DNA of 64,000 nucleotides from an uncultured Chloroflexia bacterium (GTDB taxonomy: Bacteria; Chloroflexota; Anaerolineae; CG2-30-64-16): assembly GCA_963810095.1 (NCBI GenBank), contig CAWEMM010000006.1:256001-320000 (forward strand), written 5' to 3'. Of this stretch, positions 43,898 to 54,081 are shown piece after piece. Numbering within the stretch: position 1 is the first letter of the stretch; every line of letters begins with the position of its first letter. A program made the position numbers and the translations under genes. A model generated the notes under the pieces. It saw only the letters and a list, made by a program, of their open reading frames with translations, ran no database searches and was not told the DNA's origin.

Positions 43898-45319
43898 ATG
43901 ACCATTCGCACCCGGCTGACCCTGTGGTATACGGGGCTGCTGGCGCTGACCTTGCTCCTCCTCGGCATCCTGATCTACTCCGTCGTCGGTCGGATCCTCC
44001 TTGTCAACCTGCAGGAGCGGCTGTCGGCCCAGGCCCAGGACGTGGTCGAGGCCATCCAGCAGGAAAACGACCCGATGGCGGTGATGGCTTCGGGCAACGT
44101 CCGCCTGCCGCCGATCGAGACGTTCGGCTCGCAGTACTTCATCCAGATCGTGCAGCTCAACGGCGTGACAAGGCAGATCTCGGAAAATCTGCGGGGCCAG
44201 CAGCTTCCCCGCGATCGCATGATGCTCCAGAACCCGGACGTGGAGCGGCCTCACTTTATGACGGTGCCGGCCGGCAACGGCGTTCGCTTGCACATGGCGA
44301 GCCTGGCCATCCCCATCGGGGGCCGTGCGGTGGGCATTGTCGAGGTGGCGAGCCTCATGTCCACCATCGACGACTCGCTGGTGGTCATCCGCCGGGCGCT
44401 GCTGTTTGGCAGCGTGCTGGCGCTGATCTTCGCCGCGGTGGGCGGCAGCATCCTGGCGCGCGCCGCGCTGCGCCCGATCAAGAACATCACCGAAACGGCA
44501 CAGCGCATCACCGGCACCAGCGACCTCAGCCAGCGCATTCCTGCCGGCGTGCCTACCGACGAAGTGGGCCAGCTGACGGCGACGATCAACGACATGCTGG
44601 GCCGGCTCGAGGCCTCGTTCGAGACCCAGCAGCGCCTGGTGGCCGACGTCAGCCACGAGCTGCGCACCCCACTGACGACCATCCAGGGCAACCTGGACCT
44701 GCTGCGCCGGGGCGCGGCCGACGACCCGGGCATGCGCGGCGAGGCCCTGGCCGCGATCGGCAACGAGACCGTGCGCATGCGCCGGCTGGTGAACGATCTG
44801 CTGCTGCTGGCCCAGGCCGACGCCGGGCTGCAGCTCCAGCTACAGCCGGTCGAGCTGGACACGCTGCTGCTCGACGTCTACCGCCAGGGCCAGGTCATCA
44901 GCCAGGGCACGGGCGTGCGCGTCCGGCTGGGCGCGGAGGACCAGGCAGTGGTCCTGGGCGACGCGGACCGGCTGCGCCAACTGCTGCTGAACCTCGTCGA
45001 CAACGCAATCAAGTACACGCCGTCGGGCGGCGACGTGACGCTGACGCTCAAGCGCCAGGCCGGCTGGGTGCAGATCAGCGTGGCGGACACCGGCTGCGGC
45101 ATCCCCGCGCAGGACTTGCCGCACATCTTCGAGCGTTTCTACCGGGCCGATCGCAGCCGGACGCGGCCGGGCGGCGCGGGGCTGGGCCTGTCGATCGCGA
45201 AGTGGGTGGCCGAGGCGCACGGCGGCGAGCTGGAGGTGGAAAGCGAGGTGGGCCAGGGCACGGTGTTCACCCTGTACCTGCCCGAGCCACACGCCGACGA
45301 GGACGAGGAGCAGGCATGA
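43898..45319 (+). CDS. Sensor histidine kinase (2 TM, HAMP, HisKA, HATPase)
   Basis: VSHELRTPLT, NLVDNAIKYT, DTGCGI, FERFYR, GLGLSI. Confidence 0.95.
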   Translation: MTIRTRLTLWYTGLLALTLLLLGILIYSVVGRILLVNLQERLSAQAQDVVEAIQQENDPMAVMASGNVRLPPIETFGSQYFIQIVQLNGVTRQISENLRGQQLPRDRMMLQNPDVERPHFMTVPAGNGVRLHMASLAIPIGGRAVGIVEVASLMSTIDDSLVVIRRALLFGSVLALIFAAVGGSILARAALRPIKNITETAQRITGTSDLSQRIPAGVPTDEVGQLTATINDMLGRLEASFETQQRLVADVSHELRTPLTTIQGNLDLLRRGAADDPGMRGEALAAIGNETVRMRRLVNDLLLLAQADAGLQLQLQPVELDTLLLDVYRQGQVISQGTGVRVRLGAEDQAVVLGDADRLRQLLLNLVDNAIKYTPSGGDVTLTLKRQAGWVQISVADTGCGIPAQDLPHIFERFYRADRSRTRPGGAGLGLSIAKWVAEAHGGELEVESEVGQGTVFTLYLPEPHADEDEEQA

Positions 45320-45845
45320 GCGAGAACGACCGGGACACAGGAAACGTGCGGCGACTGAGCACGGCCCCACCCGCTCGCGCTCGAGGTGCATGCCCGGCTG
45401 GTCGACTCGGGGCTGACGCTCGCCTTCGCCGAGTCGTGCACCGGGGGCCTGATTGCCGACCTCATCACCGACATTTCGGGCAGCTCGGCCTACTTCCTGC
45501 GGCAGCGCGGTCACGTACGCGAACAGTGCGAAAGAGGGCATCGTGGGCGTGCGGGCCGAGACGCTGGCCGCGCACGGCGCGGTCAGTGCGGAGACCGCGG
45601 CCGAGATGGCGCAGGGCGCGCGGCGCGCTTACGGTGCCGACATCGCGGCGTCGGTGACGGGCATCGCCGGCCCGACCGGCGCGACGCCGGGCAAGCCCGT
45701 GGGCCTGGTCTACATCCACCTGTCGGCCGAGGGTGCGGAGTGGGGCGAGCGGCACGTGTGGGACGGCGACCGGCTGGCGAACAAGGCGCTGTCGGCCGAG
45801 GCGGTGCTGCGGCTGGTGCTGCGATACCTGACGCGTCGCGACTGA
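45316..45845 (+). CDS. CinA C-terminal domain / NMN deamidase PncC; frameshifts
   Basis: AFAESCTGGLIA...ISGSSAYF, then VTYANSAK...GAVSAETA.EMA.G...TGIAGPTG...KPVGLVY. Confidence 0.88.
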
Positions 45846-45948
45846 GCGGAGGAACCCCGCTTCGCGCGACCGCATTGTCGCGGCGGCATTGTGGCGAGCT
45901 TCCGTGCACCGTCTGCAGCGGCGAGCTTTTGCTCGCCGCTGCAGACGG

Positions 45949-48900
45949 CTACTTCGGGATCTTCCGCAGCTTCGCAAACCCCGCCAGCAGGGTCTTCGTC
46001 CCCTTGCCGGCGAACGCCACCGTCACTTCCTCGTCGTCCGCGGTCACTTCCGACTTCAGCACGATCCCCTGGCCAAACAGGCCGTGGTCGACGCGGTCGC
46101 CCGGCTTGAATTCCGCGGGGCGCTGCGGCCGCTCCTGCTTCTTCGGCGGCTCAGGGGGCTTCGGCGGCCAGGCAGGCGTGGCCCGGCTCGGGCCCCGGTT
46201 TCCATATGGTGTCGGGCGCTCGTCGGGCCGCGCGCGCCGGCTGGCCCCGCCCCAACTGTCTTCGTCGTCCGAACGCCGGCGCTCGCGCGGGTTTTGTGCC
46301 CAGCCGCTCGTCGCGCTGCCCCCTCGCCCGCCGCCCGCGCTGACCCCGCGCACCGGGCTCATGCCCATCGTCGTCCCCTGCGCCGCGGCCACGTCCCTGA
46401 GAAAGCGCGACGGCTCGTTGATCTCGCTGCGGCCCCAGAGCATCCGCCGGAACGCCCGCAGGAGATAGAGCCGGTCCTTGGCGCGCGTGAGCCCGACGTA
46501 CATCAGGCGGCGCTCCTCTTCCATCTGGTCCGGGTCTTCCATGCTGCGGCTGTGCGGGAAGATGTTCTCTTCCAGCCCCACCAGGAACACGACCTTGAAC
46601 TCGAGCCCCTTGGCCGTGTGCACGGTTAGCAGCGTCACCCGCTCGTCCTGCTCGGCCAGTTCGTCCTGGTCTGACACGAGCGCGACCTCTTCGAGGAACG
46701 CGGTCAGGCGTAGGTCGGGCGGGAAGTCGTCGTAGTGCGCGGCGACTGAGGAAAGCTCCTGCAGGTTCTCCCAGCGGTCCTCGCCCTCTTCCGTCCCGTC
46801 GCGGAGCCAGGTCGCATAGCCCGACTGCTCCGTGATCTTGTCGAGCATCTTGCTGACCGTGAGCCCGTCTTTCACGTCGAGCCAGCCCTTGAGCAGGCGA
46901 TAGAACGCGACCAGCGCGCGCTGCGCGGCCGCGCCGAACGCGTGCTGGGGCGGGTTGCCGCTTTCGCTGCGCCGGTAGCCGGCTGCCAGCGGGCTGGCAA
47001 GGTCGCCCGCGACCAGCGCCAGCCCACCCGTCATGGGCACGCCCTGCTCCGCGCTGAAGGTCGCCAGGGTCGAAATCGTCTTGTCGCCGATCGCACGCGG
47101 GGGCACGTTGATCACCCGCATCAGGCTCACGTTGTCGGCCGGGTTATGCACCAGCCGCAGATATGCGAGCGCGTCCTTGATCTCCTTACGCTGATAGAAC
47201 CGGGTGCCGCCGATCAGGCGATACGGGACGCCGCGTGCCACGAACGTGTCTTCCAGCGAGCGAGATTGCGCGTTGGTGCGGTACATCACCGCGACGTCGC
47301 TTAGCCGGAGCTCGCCCGAACCGGCCAGTCTTTGGATCGTGTTGACCACAAACTGCGCCTCGTCCGACTCGTCGTAAGCCTCGTGCATGATCACCTGGGC
47401 GCCCGCCCCGCGGTCGGTGCGCAGGTGCTTGGGCGTACGCTTGATGTTATGCGCGATGACGGCATTGGCCGCGTCGAGGATGCTCTGCGTGGAACGGTAA
47501 TTCTGCTCGAGCAGGATGACCTTGGCGTCGGGGAAGTTCTCACGGAAGCGCAGGACGTTGCGGTAGTCCGCCCCGCGGAAGCCGTAAATGGAATTGTGGA
47601 CCACGATGCCGTTCGCGATGTAGTTGCGATAGTTCGGCACAGACAGGTCAAACACCGGGCCATCGTATTCTTCGCGGGTGACGCTGACCACCTCGTCCTC
47701 ACCGATGTTGCCATCGTCTGCGAGGATCGGCACGCGGGCGCCGGGCGCCAGATTACCGATTGGCAGGAAGGCGTAGACGCGGTCCGTCAGCTTGGCGCGC
47801 CGCGACACATGCGCATCGGGCGCTGCATCAGCCAGCTCGCCCAACGCCTCCAGCATGGCATCGTAGTCCGCACCTTGCCTCCGCGCCGCCCAGTAACGGG
47901 TCTTGTGGACTTTCGTCCGCATCACCGTCTCCACCTGATCCCGGTACTCCGCGCTGCAGCTGCAAATAGACAACTCGTGTCCGTGCCACAGGCCGTGTGG
48001 CTTGTGCCACCGGTTGCCCGCGCGACTTGAGTTCTTGCGCCCCAAACATCGTAAACGAGATGGTCTTTCGCACCGAGCCGCCGCGGATCGTCGTCTGCGG
48101 AACATGATACGGATACGCAAGGCTCAAGCCATAATCGCCGGCGAGCCGTCGGGCAGAAGCCTCCGTATCGAGTGACTCGTACAGGAGGCTGATGGTCTCG
48201 GAGTTGAGCGCAATGCGCCGGCCATCGGCGTGAAAGCATGTCGTCGGCAGGCTGTACTTTGCCGCAAGGTAAGCCTCCCAGAAAGCCGCCTCGCCCTCGC
48301 TCTCGCAGGCATGCACCAGCCATATCGCGTCGCCCCGTTCCTGCCGCAGCCGCTCCTCGAATCCAGGATAGGCCTTGCCTCCGTTGGTTCTGATGGCACC
48401 GGTCCGGCCCACCCGATACCCTAAGCGATGCGAGTACATCAGGTACACGTACCGATAACGGCCATTAGGATCGAACCTTGCGAACACACAGTGTTCCGGC
48501 GTCGCAGTCAGAGATCGACCTTCGCGCGGTCGAAACATGCACGACCTGGCCCGAGTAGTGGTGCGACGAGAGCGCATCGACGGTCGCGCTTGCAGCCGCA
48601 CCGTGGCCGGCAGCGGCGATAACTTGGTCTCCCGCCTTGAACTGTTCGACAGGAATGCGCCCCTCCGGCGTCTCTATACCCGTACCGGCCACAAGGCATT
48701 GGTCCTCGTCGCCCACGGCAAACAGGTTGCGAGTCTTGCCGGCCAGCATGCAGACCATTTCGTATTGGGCCGAGTTCGTATCCTGGAACTCGTCGACCAG
48801 CAGATACTCGTACCGGTCCTGGTAGCGCGCCAGCACTTCCGGCTGGTCCTTGAACAGCCACGTCGTACGGCACAACAGGTCGTCGAAGTCCAGCGCGCCG

Positions 48901-49463
48901 TTGGCCTTGAGGATCTCCTCGTAGCGGCCGTAAACTCGCTTGGCGACTTCTTCGTAATAGGTGGTCGCGACGAAGTCTGTAGGCTTGACCAACTCGTTCT
49001 TGGCCTTTGAGATCGCGGAGCGCATCGCTTCGGGCCGGTACATCTTCTCGTCGATCTTGAGGTCTTTCAGCGCGCCACGGATGGCCGAGAGCTGTTCGCC
49101 GTCGTCGTAGATCACGTAGTTCGGGTTGAGGCCTGCGGGCCCTGCTTCGGCACGGAGGATGCGCGCGCAGATCGAGTGAAAGGTGCCGATGGTCAGGCCC
49201 TTCCAGCCCGAGCTCACCGGCACCGCCTCGCCCAGGAGACGGCTGATGCGCTCACGCATCTCGCCGGCGGCCTTGTTCGTAAACGTTACCGCCATGACCG
49301 CGCGGGGGTGCGCGCCCGCGACCCGGAGCAGGTATGCCACCCGGTGCGCCAGCACGCGCGTCTTCCCCGAGCCCGGCCCGGCTAACACCAGGACCGGACC
49401 CTTAACCGTCGTGACCGCCTCCCGCTCCGCGGGGTTCAGCCCGGCAAGAATATCATCTGGCAT
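45949..49463 (-). CDS. pcrA: ATP-dependent DNA helicase PcrA/UvrD, interrupted by an intein
   Basis: LAGPGSGKT, TFTNKAA, VDEFQDTN, VGDEDQ|SIYGFRGA, LEQNYRST, YRTNAQSR, TVHTAKGLEF, EERRLMYVGLTRAK; C-terminal Tudor-like HGLFGQG. Confidence 0.95.
47593..48698 (-). mobile_element. Intein (about 368 aa) in PcrA with a GIY-YIG-like central domain; two apparent indels
   Basis: Block A CLVAGTGIETPEG, block B LTATPEH, blocks F/G VFDLSVPNYRNYIANGIVVHN followed by +1 Ser. Removal restores GDEDQSIYGFRGA. Confidence 0.93.
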
Positions 49464-49499
49464 ATCCCCATCTATCCTATCGAAGCTCCGACCGGGGCG

Positions 49500-50174
49500 C
49501 TACGAGCAACGCTCTCGCCGCCCCTCGCCCAGCCCACCCTCGCGCAGGCAGCACCGGTCGCCGGTCATCGCCTCGCATGCATGCACGACATCTTGCCCCG
49601 GCCCGATCCCTACCCCGCCCAACATCTCGGACGCCAGGCCCAACGGTAACCCCATCACGGCCGAATAGCACCCGTCCCACGCCGCGACCGGTGCAAACTG
49701 CGGGTCCTGGATGCCGTAGGCGCCTGCCTTGTCCAGCGGGTCGCCGGTTTCCACGTACGCCTCGATCTCGGCGTCGGTGTAGGCGCGCATTTTCACGTCG
49801 GTCGCCGACACGCGCGTCTCGGCGCCGCTGCCGTTCAGGACGCACACGGCCGTGTAGACGACGTGCACGCGGTCGCGCAGCGCGGTGAGCATGGCGACGG
49901 CTTCGAGCGCATCCGCGGGCTTGCCCAGCAGCGCGCCGTCGAGCACGACCAAGGTGTCGGCTGCCAACACGACCTCGCCAGGGCGCCGCTCGGCGACTGC
50001 GGCGGCCTTCGCCCGGCACAGGCGGCAGACAAGTTCCTCGGGCGGCTCGCCGGGCAGCGGGTTTTCGTCCACGTCGGCCGCGTCGACCGTGAAATCAAGC
50101 CCCAGCGCGCTTAACAGCTGCATCCGCCGGGGCGACCTCGACGCCAGGACAAACGACTGCGCAAGCGGCATCAT
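49500..50174 (-). CDS. maf: Maf-family nucleoside triphosphate pyrophosphatase
   Basis: [39 protein letters not shown]. Confidence 0.93.
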   Translation of the reverse strand: MMPLAQSFVLASRSPRRMQLLSALGLDFTVDAADVDENPLPGEPPEELVCRLCRAKAAAVAERRPGEVVLAADTLVVLDGALLGKPADALEAVAMLTALRDRVHVVYTAVCVLNGSGAETRVSATDVKMRAYTDAEIEAYVETGDPLDKAGAYGIQDPQFAPVAAWDGCYSAVMGLPLGLASEMLGGVGIGPGQDVVHACEAMTGDRCCLREGGLGEGRRERCS

Positions 50175-52063
50175 GCTCGATCCTTCACGACGTCCAACAC
50201 CTCGCACGCGACCTCGTACCGGCCGAAGCTCGGCATCAGGTACACGCCCTGCACCTTCGGCAGCTCCATCAACTCCAACAGCAGCTCTTGCGCCATCTTC
50301 ACGCCTTCCCGCCGGCCTTCCGCGCCGGCCGCCTCCATGCGCGCCAGGGCCGTCTCGGGAATGGTGATGCCGGGCACCTCGTTGTGCAAGAAGGAGGCGT
50401 GCCGGTGGCTCTGGAGGGGCAGCACCCCTATCAGAACGGGCACCGGGAATGCGCCGTGACGCTCCTCGTACAGGTTGAAAAAGCGCTGCCACAGCCCCGC
50501 ATCGAAGATTGGCTGCGTCATGGTCAGGTGTGCCCCCACGCTCACCTTCCGGTGAAAACGGTCGACCTCCTGCACCAGGTCGGCCCGCGTCGGATCGCTG
50601 GCGACGATGATCGTAAACGCGGACTGGCCGCCGAACGGCTTGCCCGAGCGGTCGAGTCCCTGGTTGAACTGGCTGATGATTTTGGCGAGCCCGATCGAAT
50701 CGACGTCGTACACCGCGCTGCTCTCGGCCGTGTCGCCCAGGCTTGGCGGGTCGCCGGTCAGCGCGATGATGTTGCGGATGCCGAGCGCGTGCGCGCCGAT
50801 CAAGTCGGCCTGGAGCCCCATCAGCGAGCGGTCGCGGGTGGTGAGGTGCAGGATCGTCTCGATGCCCACCTGCTGCTGGATCAGCACGCAGAGGGCGAGT
50901 GCGCCCATCCGGACGCGGGCCATGGGGCTGTCCGCGACGTTCACCGCGTCCGCGCCGCGTGCCAGGGCGACCCGGGCGCCCTCGAGCATCTTCGCGGCGC
51001 TGAACCCGCGTGGAGGGTCCACCTCGACGCTCACCACGAACTGGCCGGCCCGGATTTTCTGGAGCAGCCCGGTCGGCTCCGGCGCGTCCTCGTCGTCGGC
51101 GAAGCCGGTGCCTGCCCCGGGCGAGCTGACGCGCACCATCGGCAGCGGGGTCAGTTCCTCCTTGGCGTGGGCCGTGCCGACTGCTTGGTCGAGCGCGGCG
51201 CGCATGGCCTGGATGTGGGCCGGCGTCGTACCGCAGCAGCCGCCGATCAGCGCGGCGCCCTGCGCGAGAAACTGGGGCACACGTTCGGCGAAGTAATGCG
51301 GCGCGGTCGGGTAGACCATGCGCTCGCCCGCACGATAGGGGAGGCCCGCGTTGGGCATCGCCGACAGCTTTAGGCCAGGCTCGGCCGCGTGCATCTCGGC
51401 AACGAAGTCGAGCAGCCGGGCGGGACCGAGTGAGCAGTTCACCCCTGCAACGTCAGCCCCCGCCGCCGCCAGGGCATGTGCAACTTCCGAAGGCCATGCG
51501 CCATCCCCCGTCACGCCGTCGTTTCCGAACGTCACTTCGGCCACGACGGGCAGATCCGTCGTGGTCTTTGCCACTCGCACTGCCAACACGAGCTCAGGCA
51601 GGTCGGAAAAGGTTTCCAGGAGCACCAGGTCCGCGCCGGCCTCCCAGAGCGCCGCGAGCTGCTCGGCGAAGGCGGCCTCGGCCACGTCGGGCAGCAACTC
51701 GTCGCCCCGTCGTGCGCGCTTGCCCAACGGGCCCACGTCTCCGGCCAGCCAGACCGGCTGCCCGCTGATCTCGCGCGCCTCGCGCGCCAGCTTGACGCCG
51801 CGAAAGTTGAGCTCGCGCACGCGGTCCTGCATCCCGCACTCGGCCAGCTTCGTTGCGCTGGCGCCGAACGTGTTGGTCTGGATGACCTCCGCGCCGGCAC
51901 GGATGTAGGCCAGGTGCACTTCGCGCACCCAATCGGGCTGTTCCAGGTTAAGGACGTCGAGGCATTGGTCGAGCCGGGCGCCGCGCGCGTAGAGCATCGT
52001 GCCCATTGCGCCGTCGCTCAGCACCGGCCCCCGTGCGAGTCGTTCAAGAAAAGGATGCGCCAT
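50171..52063 (-). CDS. yitJ: Bifunctional homocysteine S-methyltransferase / methylenetetrahydrofolate reductase
   Basis: [29 protein letters not shown]; [34 protein letters not shown]. Confidence 0.93.
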   Translation of the reverse strand: MAHPFLERLARGPVLSDGAMGTMLYARGARLDQCLDVLNLEQPDWVREVHLAYIRAGAEVIQTNTFGASATKLAECGMQDRVRELNFRGVKLAREAREISGQPVWLAGDVGPLGKRARRGDELLPDVAEAAFAEQLAALWEAGADLVLLETFSDLPELVLAVRVAKTTTDLPVVAEVTFGNDGVTGDGAWPSEVAHALAAAGADVAGVNCSLGPARLLDFVAEMHAAEPGLKLSAMPNAGLPYRAGERMVYPTAPHYFAERVPQFLAQGAALIGGCCGTTPAHIQAMRAALDQAVGTAHAKEELTPLPMVRVSSPGAGTGFADDEDAPEPTGLLQKIRAGQFVVSVEVDPPRGFSAAKMLEGARVALARGADAVNVADSPMARVRMGALALCVLIQQQVGIETILHLTTRDRSLMGLQADLIGAHALGIRNIIALTGDPPSLGDTAESSAVYDVDSIGLAKIISQFNQGLDRSGKPFGGQSAFTIIVASDPTRADLVQEVDRFHRKVSVGAHLTMTQPIFDAGLWQRFFNLYEERHGAFPVPVLIGVLPLQSHRHASFLHNEVPGITIPETALARMEAAGAEGRREGVKMAQELLLELMELPKVQGVYLMPSFGRYEVACEVLDVVKDRA

Positions 52064-52104
52064 ACCGCTCCTTTATGGACTTGATGGCTGTGAGCCACCG
52101 GGAG

Positions 52105-52199
52105 CCGGATTATAGCATTTTGGCCCGCGGCGCGGTAATTACAGGGCGCGGTCAGCCATTTTGCAGTTGGCGCGGTTCGTGAAGGATGCTATAATCCGG
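52105..52199. promoter_or_regulatory. Divergent extended -10 promoters
   Basis: ATGCTATAATCCGG on both strands (52105-52118 minus; 52186-52199 plus). Confidence 0.6.
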
Positions 52200-52283
52200 A
52201 CGCGTCGCGTCATGTTACGTCGTCATCGACGACGCGCGCGTGGACTGTTCGCCGACCGTCATCGTATCGCCTCGGAGGTTGCC

Positions 52284-53693
52284 ATGTATCGACGCGGGAA
52301 GCGCCTTGGGGCGCGCCGCCTGCTGCCGTGGTTGGTGGCCCTTGTGCTGGTCCTCGCCCTTGCCGCGTGCACCCCTGCTACGACGCCCACCCCGGCCGCG
52401 CCGACCACTGCCGCACCTGCCGCGCCGACCGCTGTCGCAGCCGCCGGTGCAGGCACCGGTGCAGGCACCGCTGCAGGCACCGCTGCCCCAGGCGCGGCCA
52501 CGGGGGTGGCCCCTGCGACGCCGGGCGCCGCCGGCACTGGGGGAGGGACGCCGGCGGGCACCGCTGCCTCAGGCACCCCGGGCTCTCGCACGCCAACATT
52601 GACCCCGACGCCTGTGCCCACCCTCACCGAATTGCAGGCGCGGCTAATGCTGGCGAAGGCGTACCTCGACGGCAAAGACTACGAGAACGCTGCCACCCTA
52701 TACGCGCAGATCGCGCAAGACACGCGGGGCAATGCCGAAGCACTTCAGGGATTGCAGGCCGCCCTGGCCGGGAAAGCCGACATCCAGGCCACGCAGATGG
52801 CGCCGATCCCAACCGAGGCTCCCACCCCCGTGCCCACAGCCGTGCCCGCACCGACCCTGATGAGCGCGACCCGCTCCAAGGTGCTGGATGCGTTTGGCTT
52901 CGTCGTGGCCGCGCTCTTGCTCATCGCGTTACTTTACCTCTTCGGCGCGTTACTACGCTGGGTGCTGACCGCGCTGCGCGAACTCTGGTACATGCGGATC
53001 CTGCCGTTGTTCGGCCGTCCGGCCGTGCCGCCGGGCTTCCTGATTGGGGAGTTCGTCGGCTCGTGGACGACGGACGAGGAACTCGCCTCGCGGATCGTCC
53101 CGATCGCGATCACGCAGAAGCTGACCGAGTGGAACCAGTTGGTGCGCGACAAGCAGGCGCCGATCGAGCTGGAGCGGGAGCCGACCACGGGCGCGCTCGC
53201 CTGGCTGCGTGTGCTGTGGGCCTGGGTGCTGCCGCCGCCCCGAGGGTACCGCGTGACGGGCACCTTCCTTAAGGGCCCGGCCGGAACCCAGCAGATGACG
53301 GTGCAGCGCACGCACCTCGGACAGCACAGCGTGGACCGCAGCCGCACCTTCGAGAGCACGCGGGAGCCGGCCTCGGAAGCGTACGCAGACATGGCCTCCG
53401 AAGCGGGCAAGTGGCTGATCGTTCCTGCCGATATCGAGGCAGATGCCGCGATTGCCCTGGCTCGCGGCGCGGCCGGCGAGACGGTCTCGGCGAGTGCCAC
53501 ATTCGACGAGGTCCTCAACACCCTGCTGCCCGTGCGCCAGCAGGTCGACCAGGGACTTGTCGACTTCCCCGAGGCCCGGCGACGGATGACGCTGGCGGAG
53601 GGGTTGATCAACCGGCTGCCGGCCGACTCCGCCCTCCGCGCCGAGCTCACGCGCGTCTTTGCCGGCTTGCGGCGGGCCGTGCCCGGGGGTTGA
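52284..53693 (+). CDS. Hypothetical lipoprotein: Pro/Thr/Ala linker, TPR-like repeat, TM helix, C-terminal domain
   Basis: RBS ggagg, lipobox LALAAC, LAKAYLDGKDYENAATLY, hydrophobic FVVAALLLIALLYLFGALL. Confidence 0.72.
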   Translation: MYRRGKRLGARRLLPWLVALVLVLALAACTPATTPTPAAPTTAAPAAPTAVAAAGAGTGAGTAAGTAAPGAATGVAPATPGAAGTGGGTPAGTAASGTPGSRTPTLTPTPVPTLTELQARLMLAKAYLDGKDYENAATLYAQIAQDTRGNAEALQGLQAALAGKADIQATQMAPIPTEAPTPVPTAVPAPTLMSATRSKVLDAFGFVVAALLLIALLYLFGALLRWVLTALRELWYMRILPLFGRPAVPPGFLIGEFVGSWTTDEELASRIVPIAITQKLTEWNQLVRDKQAPIELEREPTTGALAWLRVLWAWVLPPPRGYRVTGTFLKGPAGTQQMTVQRTHLGQHSVDRSRTFESTREPASEAYADMASEAGKWLIVPADIEADAAIALARGAAGETVSASATFDEVLNTLLPVRQQVDQGLVDFPEARRRMTLAEGLINRLPADSALRAELTRVFAGLRRAVPGG

Positions 53694-53717
53694 CAGTAAA
53701 GCCCGAAGTGGTATAAT
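53690..53717 (+). promoter_or_regulatory. Sigma-70/A promoter of the T-box-valS unit
   Basis: TTGACA, N16, TATAAT with extended TG; the -35 box overlaps the upstream TGA stop. Confidence 0.8.
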
Positions 53718-53729
53718 GCCGCCAACCGA

Positions 53730-54040
53730 ATAGAGACGTGGAACCGGAGGAGTAGGCGCGGTATGTGGTGCTTCGCACCCCATACCATATCGTCGCCAGA
53801 GAGAAGGGGTCACCGGGTGAGAGCCCCTTCCGATGTGAGCAGCGTCGAACGTCGCCGGGGAGTCTGGCTGCCGAGCCTGCCTGTGTGCAAAACACGGGCC
53901 GGACAAGCGGCCACGGGCCAGCCCGTTATAGCTAAGAGTGGGCGTGTCGCAACTGTAAACTGCGTTTCCAGTTGCTTCTAGCCAACCAAGGTGGCACCGC
54001 GGAGACCTTCCGTCCTTGAGGACGGGAGGTCTTTTTGTTT
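53730..54040 (+). promoter_or_regulatory. T-box riboswitch (Val, specifier GUC) with intrinsic terminator
   Basis: AGAGAG and GGTGAGA stem I motifs, specifier gaacGTCgcc at 53851, CCGTTA, T-box AAGGTGGCACCGCG near 53988, terminator agaccttccgtcc-ttga-ggacgggaggtct-TTTT; upstream of valS. Confidence 0.92.
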
Positions 54041-54081
54041 TCCCGGGCCAGGGTCCGGCCAGGACAACAGGAGAAGGAATC

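Noticed and set aside
800-48600. Many frameshifts as pseudogenes or programmed frameshifting
   Set aside because: They hit housekeeping genes (rpsA, tRNA nucleotidyltransferase, mtaB, moeA) at scattered GC-rich sites, without slippery motifs or in-frame decay. The single 43-nt copy in a 42-nt repeat array points to sequencing indels.
52064-52160. SAM riboswitch upstream of yitJ
   Set aside because: The leader after the -10 box is only about 40 nt and lacks SAM-I/II core motifs.
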